Part shown: positions 49,418 to 59,385 of the stretch, one piece after another | Numbering within the stretch: the first letter of the stretch is position 1 | How the letters are laid out: each line of letters opens with the position of its first letter | From: an uncultured delta proteobacterium | GTDB taxonomy: Bacteria; Desulfobacterota; Binatia; Binatales; Binataceae | Reading direction: 5' to 3' | NCBI GenBank assembly: GCA_963717045.1 | Contig: CAVQVD010000015.1 | Coordinates: 687,747-751,746, forward strand | DNA length: 64,000 nt | The notes under the pieces: generated by a model | Database searches by the model: none | Told to the model about the DNA's origin: nothing | The model's input: only the letters and a program-made list of their open reading frames with translations | Made by a program: the position numbers and the translations under genes

Positions 49418-52400
49418 CGTTCTCAGAGACCTTCATCCGCAGACCTGTCGCGACCACGCTTTTGACCGTGGCGATCGCGCTGGCGGGTGCGACAGCATTT
49501 CGGTTGCTGCCGGTTGCTCCATTACCGGAAGTCGATTTTCCAACTATCCAGGTCAGCGGCAATTTGCCCGGCGCCAGTCCAGAGACGATGGCATCTTCGG
49601 TGGCGACACCACTGGAACGGCAGTTCGGGCGCATTGCGGGGTTGACCGAACTTACGTCGACCAGTGCGCTCGGAACTACCAACATCGTGCTGCAGTTCGA
49701 TTTGAACCGTAATATCGACGCAGCGGCGCGCGACGTGCAGGCCGCGATCAATGCTGCGCGCAGTCAACTGCCAGCCAATCTGCCAAGCAACCCGACCTAC
49801 AAGAAAGTAAATCCAGCCGATGCACCGATTCTGATCCTGGCACTGTCTTCCAGTACACTGCGCCGTGGCCTGATCTACGATGCGGCGGATTCGGTTTTGG
49901 CGCAGAAGTTGTCGCAGATTCAAGGTGTGGGTCAGGTTACGGTCGGAGGCAGTGCGCTGCCCGGCGTTCGTGTCGAGCTGAATCTCAACGTCTTGAACAA
50001 CGACGGCATCGGTCTCGAGCAAGTGCGCAGTGCGATCAAGAACGCCAACGCCAACCGCCCCAAGGGAGAGGTCGCCGATCAATCCAATGCCTGGGCGCTA
50101 AACGCCACCGACCAACTACTCAGCGCCGATCAGTACCGCCCGCTGATCATCGCCTATCACAACGGCGCCGCCGTTCGCCTTTCCGACGTAGCCGACGTGG
50201 TGGATTCGGTTGAAGACGTGCGCAACGCGGGAGTCGTTGACGGCACTCCGTCAGTTCTAATCATCATTTTCCGGCAACCCGGCGCCAACATTATCGCCAC
50301 GGTGGATCGGGTGCTCGCGGACCTGCCCCAGTTGCAGGCTTCGATTTCCCCGGCGATCAAGATGTCCGTGGTGCTTGACCGGACCACGACCATTCGCGCG
50401 TCCGTCAATGACGTCGAGTTGACCCTGCTCATCTCGATCGCGCTGGTCATCATGGTGGTATTTTTCTTTCTGCGTAACTGGCGAGCCACCGTGATTCCAG
50501 GCGTGGTAGTTCCGATTTCGCTGATTGGAACCTTCGGCGTCATGTATCTATGCGGGTATAGCCTCGACAACCTCTCACTGATGGCGCTGACTATTTCCAC
50601 CGGCTTCGTCGTCGACGACGCGATCGTGGTTATCGAGAACATCTCTCGCTACCGTGAGGAGGGCATGGCGCCTTTCGAAGCGGCCGTTCGCGGAGCGCGC
50701 GAAATCGGATTCACGGTGGTCTCGATCAGTATTTCGCTGGTCGCGGTGTTTATCCCGATCTTGCTAATGGGCGGAATCGTGGGTCGCCTGTTCCGCGAAT
50801 TCGCAGTCACCCTGTCGACGGCGGTGGTGGTTTCGATGATCGTTTCGTTGACCACTACACCGATGATGTGCGCCAAGCTGCTGCGGTCCGAGGCTGACGA
50901 GCAGCACGGTCGCTTCTACCGGGCGAGCCAGAGAGTTTTCGACCGCGCGCTGGCTGGATATACGATCGGACTCGAGTGGGTGCTGCGGTATTCACGCTTC
51001 ACCCTAGCGATAGCCCTGCTCACGGTCGGTCTTAGCGTGTACCTGTTCTCGGTCATCCCCAAAGGATTTTTTCCACAGCAGGATACTGGCCGTCTGATGG
51101 GCGCTATTCAGGCCGACCAGGACACCTCGTTTCAGTCGATGCGCGATCGGCTCACCGAGTTCGTCCGCGTCATCAAGGCGGACCCGGCCGTCGATCACGT
51201 GATCGGATTTGCCGGAGGAAACGCCGGCAGCACCAACTCGGCCCGCATGTTCATCGCCCTGAAACCGCTCGCGCTGCGCAAACTCAGCGCCGATCAGCTC
51301 ATCGCGCGGCTGCGCAAAAAGACCGCACACATCCCGGGTGCGACGCTCTATCTTCAAGCCGTGCAGGATCTGCGCATCGGCGGCCGCTCGAGCAACGCGC
51401 TCTATCAGTACACCCTCCAAGGATCCGACCTGCAGGAGCTTAACCAATGGGCACCGCGCCTGCTCCAAAAAATGCGCGCTATGCCGATACTGACCGACGT
51501 GAATAGCGATCAGCAGAACAGCGGTCTTCAGGCCGCCCTGGTGGTAGACCGCGATAGCGCATCGCGCCTGGGGCTCACGCAACAGGTGATCGACGATACA
51601 TTGTACGATGCCTTCGGCCAGCGTCAGGTATCGACGATGTATACGCCGCTGAATCAATATCACGTCGTGATGGAAGCCGCGCCCAGGTATTGGCAAGATC
51701 CCACTTCGCTGTCGCAACTCGACGCGCGCTCGACTAATAACACTGAAGTCAAACTTAGTACCTTCACCCACTACCAGCCGACCACCACCGCGCTCTCGGT
51801 GAATCATCAGGGACAATTTCCCTCGGTGACGGTCTCGTTCAACCTGAGGCCGGGCGTTTCTCTCGGCCAAGCGGTGGTGGCGATCGATGCGACTCAGAGG
51901 AAAATCGGTTTTCCAAGCAGCATTCACGGCAGCTTCGCGGGCACCGCCCAGGCCTTCCAGGATTCGCTGGCGAACGAACCGATGCTGGTCCTGTCCGCGC
52001 TCTGCGCCGTCTATATCGTGCTGGGAATTTTGTACGAGAGTTACGTTCATCCGGTAACGATTCTTTCGACTCTGCCTTCCGCCGGTGTCGGTGCGCTGCT
52101 GGCATTGATGGTGTTCCGCATCGACCTGACCGTCATCGCGCTCATCGGTATCATTCTGCTGATTGGTATCGTCAAGAAAAACGCGATCATGATGATCGAC
52201 TTCGCCCTGGAAGCTGAGCGCAAGCATGGCAAAACCTCCCTGGAAGCCATCGAGGAAGCTTGTCGCTTGCGCTTTCGGCCGATCATGATGACCACGATGG
52301 CGGCGCTGCTCGGCGCCTTGCCGCTGGCAGTGGGTAGCGGCACCGGTTCGGAACTGCGCCGACCGCTCGGAATCGCAATTGTCGGCGGTCTGATCGTGAG

Positions 52401-52530
52401 CCAGATGCTCACGCTGTTCACCACGCCGGTGATCTATCTATATATGGAACGGCTTCGACTATGGGGTGAAAGCCTGCGCAGACGCATTTCGCGCAAGCCC
52501 GCGATCGGGCCGGGAATCGCCGACGTCTAG
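49414..52530 (+). CDS. mdtC: RND multidrug efflux permease (MdtC-like)
   Basis: 1038 aa paralog of preceding permease; start overlaps its stop (ATGA). Confidence 0.85.
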   Translation: MTFSETFIRRPVATTLLTVAIALAGATAFRLLPVAPLPEVDFPTIQVSGNLPGASPETMASSVATPLERQFGRIAGLTELTSTSALGTTNIVLQFDLNRNIDAAARDVQAAINAARSQLPANLPSNPTYKKVNPADAPILILALSSSTLRRGLIYDAADSVLAQKLSQIQGVGQVTVGGSALPGVRVELNLNVLNNDGIGLEQVRSAIKNANANRPKGEVADQSNAWALNATDQLLSADQYRPLIIAYHNGAAVRLSDVADVVDSVEDVRNAGVVDGTPSVLIIIFRQPGANIIATVDRVLADLPQLQASISPAIKMSVVLDRTTTIRASVNDVELTLLISIALVIMVVFFFLRNWRATVIPGVVVPISLIGTFGVMYLCGYSLDNLSLMALTISTGFVVDDAIVVIENISRYREEGMAPFEAAVRGAREIGFTVVSISISLVAVFIPILLMGGIVGRLFREFAVTLSTAVVVSMIVSLTTTPMMCAKLLRSEADEQHGRFYRASQRVFDRALAGYTIGLEWVLRYSRFTLAIALLTVGLSVYLFSVIPKGFFPQQDTGRLMGAIQADQDTSFQSMRDRLTEFVRVIKADPAVDHVIGFAGGNAGSTNSARMFIALKPLALRKLSADQLIARLRKKTAHIPGATLYLQAVQDLRIGGRSSNALYQYTLQGSDLQELNQWAPRLLQKMRAMPILTDVNSDQQNSGLQAALVVDRDSASRLGLTQQVIDDTLYDAFGQRQVSTMYTPLNQYHVVMEAAPRYWQDPTSLSQLDARSTNNTEVKLSTFTHYQPTTTALSVNHQGQFPSVTVSFNLRPGVSLGQAVVAIDATQRKIGFPSSIHGSFAGTAQAFQDSLANEPMLVLSALCAVYIVLGILYESYVHPVTILSTLPSAGVGALLALMVFRIDLTVIALIGIILLIGIVKKNAIMMIDFALEAERKHGKTSLEAIEEACRLRFRPIMMTTMAALLGALPLAVGSGTGSELRRPLGIAIVGGLIVSQMLTLFTTPVIYLYMERLRLWGESLRRRISRKPAIGPGIADV

Positions 52531-52588
52531 TTTTGTTTGCGAACCGACCGCAGCATCACAAGGTCGCGCTCAGTTTCCTCTTCCGCAG

Positions 52589-53662
52589 CTAGTACTTCGC
52601 GATAACTTCGTTGCCGAACTCGCGAATCATTTCGCGGCCGTCGGTCCCGGTGAGACGCAGCGCTATGCCCGTCACGCCAGCCTCTTCGAGTTCTTTGACA
52701 CGTTCGATTACCGCCGACGCCGGTCCCGTTATGGTAGTCGCCTCGAGCAGTTGCCGCGTAACGTACCGTTCCTCTCCCGGCTTGGTAAAGATCAGATGCC
52801 CCAGGTGAATTTCCTGGTATCGCTTCTCCCACGGCGTTTTCATTTTCATTATGTATTCGTCGAAGTAGCGTTTGGCCAACGGCTGAAATTCGGGGGGCGC
52901 AAAAGGACCAATCGGGGTGTTTTCCGGATGCCAGATAGTGTGCAAGCTGAGCGCGCCCCAGGAACCAAGGCGAGCGAAAACCCGGGGTGACATGATGTCT
53001 TCCCCTCGGCGCAACACGCATCCCGCCGTCACTATGACGGTCGGAATTTTCTCGAGCGCCCGTCCAGCGCCCTTTGCCGCGTTGCGGATCTCGGTAAGTC
53101 CGTCCCGAATCAATCCCGGGTTCGCGCCCACCGTAATCCAGCCGTCGCCAACTTCGCCCACCACGCGGGTGGCCTTGGGCAGATTGGCGCCTACGTAAAT
53201 CGGAACCGGATCTTTGACGTTGATGAAACCCATCTCGGGATGAAGCAGACGCACCGCTCGCTCCCGATCGTCTTCGCGGTAGAGGCCTTCCTTCCCGGCC
53301 AGCAGTTCGCGCAATAACTTGACCTCTTCGGCCAGCGCTTTGACCGGCGTCGCCGGCATCCCCATGACATTGCGCGCGCTGAAACCGGTTCCTATGCCGG
53401 CGATCACGCGGCCGGGCGCGAGTTCGTTGATCGTAGCTATGGCGGACGCGCTGACCGGCGCCGCGCGGTTGCCCGCGCATAGAACGAAGGTTCCCAGAAC
53501 CGACGTGTGCGAGTGCTCGGCCGCCAGAGCCATGGTGGCGAAGATGTCGCTGTAACACATATGCGAATCGTCGAACCAGGCATGACTGAAGCCGTATTCT
53601 TCCGCCATTTCCACGTCACGCCAGGCGCGAATGTAGGTTGGATAGCTGATTCCGAATTGCAT
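52589..53662 (-). CDS. LLM-class flavin/F420-dependent oxidoreductase
   Basis: 357 aa luciferase-like fold pattern (MQFGISYPT..., GRVIAGIGTG). Confidence 0.7.
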   Translation of the reverse strand: MQFGISYPTYIRAWRDVEMAEEYGFSHAWFDDSHMCYSDIFATMALAAEHSHTSVLGTFVLCAGNRAAPVSASAIATINELAPGRVIAGIGTGFSARNVMGMPATPVKALAEEVKLLRELLAGKEGLYREDDRERAVRLLHPEMGFINVKDPVPIYVGANLPKATRVVGEVGDGWITVGANPGLIRDGLTEIRNAAKGAGRALEKIPTVIVTAGCVLRRGEDIMSPRVFARLGSWGALSLHTIWHPENTPIGPFAPPEFQPLAKRYFDEYIMKMKTPWEKRYQEIHLGHLIFTKPGEERYVTRQLLEATTITGPASAVIERVKELEEAGVTGIALRLTGTDGREMIREFGNEVIAKY

Positions 53663-53878
53663 AGGCGGGTGCCTCCTCGGAGTCGAATGTGTTTACGGCC
53701 TGAAGCATCCTGGCGCGCTTTCCCTCGATAGCGTCACTCGCGGGCAAATGCAACGTCGGCTACCGGTTGTCCGCGGCTTGGCGAAGTGGATAAGATTCAG
53801 CCAGCTTGGCGCCGATAGAATGGCGCCAATCCGAAGGACCTTTCCAACGGCATCGCGGGAACATCCCAGGAGCTTACA

Positions 53879-54769
53879 ATGAGCATTAGACACCTTGCCG
53901 CCTCCGCCAGTGCCGACGACATCGCCGCTGCGCTCGCTGAGGATGGAGCCGCGATCGTCGACGCTCTCGGGCCAGCGTCTCTGATGGACCGAGCCGCCGA
54001 GGAGTTGCAGCCGTACATCGCAGCGACGCGCATCGGCCGCGATGATTTCGCGGGGCGCCACACGCGCAGAACAGGTGGACTGATAGCGCGCTCGGAAACC
54101 TGCCGCGAGCTGGTGATGAACCCGCTCGTACTGTCGACGGCCAAGAAGATGCTGGCGCATGCCGCAACTTTTCAAATCCATCTGACGCAAGTCATCACGA
54201 TCGAGCCGGAAGCGCCGCCTCAGGCAATTCATCGCGACCAGTGGGTATTCGATTTTTTCAAGTTTCCGAAGGGCTTCGAGGTTCAACTCAACACGATTTG
54301 GGCGATGACTGATTTCACGGCGCAAAATGGCGCGACTCGCGTCATTCCCAAGAGTCATCTGTTCGATGACGGACTCAAGTTCGAGGAAAAGGATAGTGAA
54401 CCGGCCGAGATGGCCAAGGGTTCGGCACTGTTCTACACCGGAAGCGTTTATCACGGCGGCGGCGCCAATCGCTCGAACATGACTCGATGCGGTATCAATC
54501 TAACCTACAGTCTTTCGTGGTTGCGGCAGGAAGAAAACCAATATTTGTCGGTGCCGTTGGAGATCGCGCAAACCTTGCCGGTCGAATTGCTGCGCTTGAT
54601 GGGCTATGCATACGGCGGCTATGCGCTCGGTTACGTGGACGACGTTCGCGATCCGATTAAAGTCGTGAAACCCGACCTGGCAAAGACTCGCACCACAAAC
54701 CTTGCCGATGCGGAATCGCGTTTTCGCGATCAAGCGAAGCAGTGGCGGGGCGAAAACAAGAACGCCTGA
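53879..54769 (+). CDS. phytanoyl-CoA dioxygenase (PhyH) family Fe(II)/2-oxoglutarate oxygenase
   Basis: PhyH-family pattern including HRDQ and HGGGAN blocks. Confidence 0.7.
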   Translation: MSIRHLAASASADDIAAALAEDGAAIVDALGPASLMDRAAEELQPYIAATRIGRDDFAGRHTRRTGGLIARSETCRELVMNPLVLSTAKKMLAHAATFQIHLTQVITIEPEAPPQAIHRDQWVFDFFKFPKGFEVQLNTIWAMTDFTAQNGATRVIPKSHLFDDGLKFEEKDSEPAEMAKGSALFYTGSVYHGGGANRSNMTRCGINLTYSLSWLRQEENQYLSVPLEIAQTLPVELLRLMGYAYGGYALGYVDDVRDPIKVVKPDLAKTRTTNLADAESRFRDQAKQWRGENKNA

Positions 54770-54817
54770 AGCTTCCTTTTCGAGTAGACACGGGCCCGTG
54801 ACCATTCTTCCCTTCGT

Positions 54818-55579
54818 TTGACAGTGAGTTCGATTGTGTGTCAGCGTCCGAACGAACGTTCGGACGTACGCGCGAGACTCGGGCTCGCGTTAGGCGCAGA
54901 AATGCCGATGGACAATCGTAAGAGGACCCTGGTTGCATCCAAGACGCGGGCTCCCGCGGTTAGTACTAAAAGCCGTATCGACCGCGGAGCGGCGCGGCTC
55001 TTCGTCCGCAATGGCTACGACGGCACTTCGATGCGCGATCTGGCGCGCAATCTCGGCCTGCAGCCCTCCAGTATCTATGGCCACGTGAAGAGCAAGCAGG
55101 AATTGCTCTTCCGGGTGATGGAACGGCTTATGGACGAAGTGCTGACACGCGCCAACGAGGCGCTAAAGACAGACGGCCGGCCCGAGGAGCTGGTGCGAAG
55201 ATTGGTGGTCACGAATATCTGCCAGCCGGGACCCTATGAAACGGCGCTCTTGCAGTCAGGGCTCAAGAGTCTGCAGCCGTCGTACCGCGCATCGATAGCT
55301 CGCAAGCAAAGAGAATATCGTACCCTATGGCTCAGGGTCCTTGAGGACGGCAAGAAACAAGGAGTCTTCAGGATCAGAGATCCCAAGCTCGCCTTCCTAG
55401 GCATCGACGGAGCGCTTGTCCACATCGAGCGCTGGTTCAATCCCACCGGTCGATTGACGCGCCTGGAGGTAGCCGAGGTGTTCGTCGACTGGATCCTGAA
55501 CTCTCTAGGCTTTCAACCACCGGGGAAAAACCGCAGCGGAGACATTGCTAATGCGAAAAGGGCAAGACTACGTCGATAA
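54818..55579 (+). CDS. TetR/AcrR-family transcriptional regulator (start may be ATG 54902)
   Basis: HTH RIDRGAARLFVRNGYDGTSMRDLARNLGL. Confidence 0.65.
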   Translation: MTVSSIVCQRPNERSDVRARLGLALGAEMPMDNRKRTLVASKTRAPAVSTKSRIDRGAARLFVRNGYDGTSMRDLARNLGLQPSSIYGHVKSKQELLFRVMERLMDEVLTRANEALKTDGRPEELVRRLVVTNICQPGPYETALLQSGLKSLQPSYRASIARKQREYRTLWLRVLEDGKKQGVFRIRDPKLAFLGIDGALVHIERWFNPTGRLTRLEVAEVFVDWILNSLGFQPPGKNRSGDIANAKRARLRR

Positions 55580-56975
55580 TTTAAGTCATTTAAAAAGCCG
55601 CGTTTTCGTGCAGGGACAGCTCGTCGATAATTTGGCAGAGCACCCGCTGTTCCAATCGACGATTTTCGCGTGGGGCAAATGGCTCTGCGACGCGGCCTTC
55701 GAGCCTGAGTTGCAGAGCCTGATGACCGCCAAATCGGAACTCACCGGCGACGAGGTGCACATCTTTTGGCACATCCCCACCGATCGGGACGGGTTGCTCC
55801 AAAATTTCGACGCTGCGATCAAGCTGGCCGAACGCGTGCCGATTACCGGATACACAAGTATCGCGCGGGACGAGCTCGCCGGCCTTCTCTCCGTCCTGCC
55901 GGAAGTCGATCGAAAATACGAAACTGATTACACAGGACGCTTGAAGGAGTATCTGCGAACCTTTCAACGCCGCCAGTTTATCGGCTCCGCCGCCATTACG
56001 GATGTGAAGGGCGACCGCAACCTTCGCCCTTCGCAACAGCCCGACCCGGATATGTATCTACGCGTGGTCGAGCGAAGAAAGGATGGAATCGTCGTGCGCG
56101 GTGCAAAAGCCCACACCAGCGGCGGCGTCGTGTGCGAGGAATTGATCGTGATCGCGCAGCGTGCAATGCGCGAGGATGACCGCGATTATGCAGTCGCTTT
56201 TGCCATTCCTGTCGACACTCCCGGAATTACCCTGGTGGCGCGCGGCATCGGCATGCCGGCGGATGCGGAGCAGGCTCCCTTGAGCCATGGTGGCGCGGTT
56301 GTCGAATCCCTGACTATTTTCGACGACGTGTTCGTGCCGGCGGAACGCATCTTCTTGTGCGGCGAGTACGAATTCTGCGGCGACGTCGCCAACAATTTCG
56401 CAACTATCAATCGTCACGGTTACCTGGGAACGGACTATGGCAAGTTGGAGCTTTTCATCGGCGCTGCGGCGCTCATCGCGGAGTATAACGGAGTCGCCGA
56501 CAAGCCTCACGTCCGCGACAAGATTGCGGAAATGATCAAACTGGCGAGCGCTATTTATGCGCTGGGAATAGCCGCCGCGATGAAACATACGGTCATCAAT
56601 GGCGTGGCCTTCCCCGACGCGGTCATGACAAATGCGGGTAAGCATTTGACCATGGAGGCTCACTACACCTGCTCCCGCCTGCTCAACGAGGTGGCCGGCG
56701 GGGCCGCGGTGACAATGCCATCGGTATTAGACCTGAAGCATCCAGAGGTCGCTCCCTATATCGAAAAGTACTTCAAGGCTGCCCCCGGAGTCTCTGTGAC
56801 CGATCGGATCAAGCTCTTCCATTTCATCGGCGACCTCTGCTCCTCGGAGTATGCGGGATGGTGGTACAACGAGATTATCCACGGTTCGGGATCGCCGGCT
56901 GCGGAACGGATGCAGATGTATCGAGAATTCGACCTTGAATCGACCAAGCGACTAGTCAAGACATTGATTAGCTGA
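55545..56975 (+). CDS. 4-hydroxyphenylacetate 3-hydroxylase (HpaB) family protein, possibly 4-hydroxybutyryl-CoA dehydratase-like
   Basis: N-terminal YVDNLSHLKSRVFVQGQLVDNLAEHPLF typical of HpaB/AbfD family; 476 aa. Confidence 0.65.
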   Translation: MLMRKGQDYVDNLSHLKSRVFVQGQLVDNLAEHPLFQSTIFAWGKWLCDAAFEPELQSLMTAKSELTGDEVHIFWHIPTDRDGLLQNFDAAIKLAERVPITGYTSIARDELAGLLSVLPEVDRKYETDYTGRLKEYLRTFQRRQFIGSAAITDVKGDRNLRPSQQPDPDMYLRVVERRKDGIVVRGAKAHTSGGVVCEELIVIAQRAMREDDRDYAVAFAIPVDTPGITLVARGIGMPADAEQAPLSHGGAVVESLTIFDDVFVPAERIFLCGEYEFCGDVANNFATINRHGYLGTDYGKLELFIGAAALIAEYNGVADKPHVRDKIAEMIKLASAIYALGIAAAMKHTVINGVAFPDAVMTNAGKHLTMEAHYTCSRLLNEVAGGAAVTMPSVLDLKHPEVAPYIEKYFKAAPGVSVTDRIKLFHFIGDLCSSEYAGWWYNEIIHGSGSPAAERMQMYREFDLESTKRLVKTLIS

Positions 56976-57020
56976 GAGCGCGCGGATGGGGAGCGGCACG
57001 GCGCGCTCGCGAGCAAGAAC

Positions 57021-57863
57021 CTAGACTTGGTATTTTTTGCTGGTCTCGAGGATCTCAGGCGCCCCAAGAAGATCGGTGATTTCGGGTAGAATTTCGAAGC
57101 CGGGGCCGCCGGAGATCATGCCCGTGCGCGCAAGCTCCCTCATCGCATCGCGGGTACGCTGATAAATAGCAAAAAGCGTGGCGATATGGATCATCACCTT
57201 GAAGCCGTATTGCGCGATTTCCGTCGGATGCAGTAATTGTCCGTTATACAGGAGCGGCAGTCCTGTGAGCAGCCGCGCACAGTTTCTGAGATCGTCGAGC
57301 GTCTTGATGCCATCGACGAAGATGAGATCGGCGCCGGAGGCGCGGTAAGCGCGCGCCCGCCGCGTCACCTCTTCCCAACCGAGCGGGGCAAGTGCGTCGG
57401 TGCGCGCGATAATCACCAGATTGGGATCGCGCCGGGCATCGAGGGCCGCGCGCAGCTTGGCTTCCATGTTCTCCCGCGGGATGACCTGCTTGCCCTCCAG
57501 AAAGCCGCAACGCTTGGGCCACACCTGGTCTTCGATATGCAATGCCGCCGCGCCCGCGTCCTCGTACTCGCGCACGGTGCGTTGCACATTGATCGCTTCG
57601 CCATAGCCCGTGTCGGCATCGCAGATAAGCGGTATGTCCACCGATCGCGCAAGTGCTCTGACGTTCTCGACCATTTCGCCCATCGTAAGCAGGCCGAGAT
57701 CCGGGAATCCGCGCGCCGCGGCCGTTCCGAAGCCGGTCATGTAGATCGCCTTGAATCCCTCGTGCTGCGCGAGCCTCGCCTGCAGGCAATCGTAAACGAA
57801 CGGAGCGACGACCATATCCGGCCCGTTCAAGAGCTTTCGCAGGCGTGATCGTGTTTCAAGCAT
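57021..57863 (-). CDS. isocitrate lyase/PEP mutase superfamily enzyme (methylisocitrate lyase / carboxyvinyl-carboxyphosphonate phosphorylmutase-like)
   Basis: ICL/PEPM pattern (DADTGYG, KRCGFLEGK). Confidence 0.75.
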   Translation of the reverse strand: MLETRSRLRKLLNGPDMVVAPFVYDCLQARLAQHEGFKAIYMTGFGTAAARGFPDLGLLTMGEMVENVRALARSVDIPLICDADTGYGEAINVQRTVREYEDAGAAALHIEDQVWPKRCGFLEGKQVIPRENMEAKLRAALDARRDPNLVIIARTDALAPLGWEEVTRRARAYRASGADLIFVDGIKTLDDLRNCARLLTGLPLLYNGQLLHPTEIAQYGFKVMIHIATLFAIYQRTRDAMRELARTGMISGGPGFEILPEITDLLGAPEILETSKKYQV

Positions 57864-57882
57864 GTGCGCTATGTCCTTGTGC

Positions 57883-59322
57883 TCAGAAGATCTCGAAGTA
57901 CTCGCGCTGTTCCCATTCGGTAACTTCTAAATCGAAGCGCGCGACCTCGGCCTCTTTGATGAGAGAATAATAATCGACGAATGTGCCGCCGAGTCCGGCG
58001 CGCAAGCATGAGTCTGCGCGCAGCGCCGCGATTGCTTCGGTGAGCGAGCGCGGCAGCATCCTCGCCGCGGCTTCATAGGGCGCGTCGGTCGGTGGTCCCG
58101 GGTCGAGTTGGCGCTCAATCCCGTCGAGACCCGCGAGAATTTGCGACGCCATATACAGGTATGGATTCGCGGCCGGCTCGCCCACGCGGTTCTCGAGCCG
58201 CGTCGCCGAATCCCCAGGCCCGCCAAGCACCCGGACCATAACGTTGCGATGGTCGTGTCCCCAAACCGCGCGGTCGGGTGCCAGGGCATGTCTGCCGAAG
58301 CGTCGATAGCCATTGATGGTCGGTGTCGCAAGCGCGGCCGCGCCCGGCGCGTGCTCGAGAAGACCGGCAAGGTAATGCTGTCCGACCGGCGACAGCACGC
58401 CGGCGTCACCAGCGGGGACGAACGCGTTGGCTCCGGTGCGTTTGTCGCGCAGCGACTGATGCAGGTGCCAGCCGCTGGAGAATACGTTCGGAATTCGCGG
58501 TCGGCACATGAAGCTCGCAAGGTAACCGTGACGGCGGCAAACCTGCTTCATCGCGCTGCGCGCCAGTATCATCATGTCGGCTGGTTCGAGGCCCTGACGC
58601 GGCTGGAACGTGAACTCGCATTGACTCGGTCCGTACTCGACCTCGAGCGTGCGCAAAGGCAGGCCCAGCCCCACGATGTTGCGGCGCAAAATTTCGAGCA
58701 CGGGTTCGAGCTGATCGTAACGCAGCTCCGTCAGGTGCTGATAGCCCTGCGTAAGCAGACTGACCTCGGGCGGCGGTCCAGGCTGACCCGCGTCGCTGAG
58801 CTGAAGTCGCGGGTTTTCAAGCTTGAAGATGTGAAATTCAATTTCCAGTCCGACTACGTAATTGAAGCCTGCTTCAGCGAGTCGGTCCAGCGCGCGCCGG
58901 TACAGGTAGCGAGTCGAGATCGGAACCGGCTGGCCATTGGTGAAATACAGATCGCACAGCAGCCAGGCGGTGCTGGCCGCCCATGGCAGAATATGGAATG
59001 TGGCCGGGTCCGGAACGATGACCACGTCCGCGGCCGCTTCCATGTCGCGCCTGGTGAAACCGGCGCCGCTCAACGAAAGCACGGATGGCACCGTGTGATG
59101 TGCGGTATCTTTCGCCAGCAGCGTCATCGGGAAGGTGCTTCCCTCGCGCATCATCCGCGGCAGTTCGTCGGCGACGATTGTCTTGCCCCGCAGCACTCCA
59201 TGCTGATCGGCGAAGGAGAGCCGCACGACCTCGAGCTGTTGGGACTCGACGCGCTTTTCGGCCTCGTTCGCCGCTTTCGCCCGCTCGTCGGTCCACAGGC
59301 CGTGACGTTCGACGAAACTCAT
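57883..59322 (-). CDS. glutamine synthetase-like gamma-glutamyl-amine ligase family protein (second copy)
   Basis: Same blocks as 27046-28527 (FVERHGLW, VVGLEIEFHIFKLE, EYGPSQCEFTF). Confidence 0.8.
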   Translation of the reverse strand: MSFVERHGLWTDERAKAANEAEKRVESQQLEVVRLSFADQHGVLRGKTIVADELPRMMREGSTFPMTLLAKDTAHHTVPSVLSLSGAGFTRRDMEAAADVVIVPDPATFHILPWAASTAWLLCDLYFTNGQPVPISTRYLYRRALDRLAEAGFNYVVGLEIEFHIFKLENPRLQLSDAGQPGPPPEVSLLTQGYQHLTELRYDQLEPVLEILRRNIVGLGLPLRTLEVEYGPSQCEFTFQPRQGLEPADMMILARSAMKQVCRRHGYLASFMCRPRIPNVFSSGWHLHQSLRDKRTGANAFVPAGDAGVLSPVGQHYLAGLLEHAPGAAALATPTINGYRRFGRHALAPDRAVWGHDHRNVMVRVLGGPGDSATRLENRVGEPAANPYLYMASQILAGLDGIERQLDPGPPTDAPYEAAARMLPRSLTEAIAALRADSCLRAGLGGTFVDYYSLIKEAEVARFDLEVTEWEQREYFEIF

Positions 59323-59385
59323 CTCATCGCGCTCCGCATTTCGGCCCGCGCAGATCCTTCTTTAGCTCATCAACTAACCTGCGTA

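Noticed and set aside
51004-52227. 407-aa minus-strand ORF inside the second RND permease gene, with similar shadow ORFs inside the first permease
   Set aside because: Antisense shadow ORFs of the 1038-aa RND genes.
46301-52530. Tandem 3.1-kb units looked like a direct repeat
   Set aside because: They are divergent paralogous RND permease genes (MdtB/MdtC-type pair), not a repeat or mobile element.
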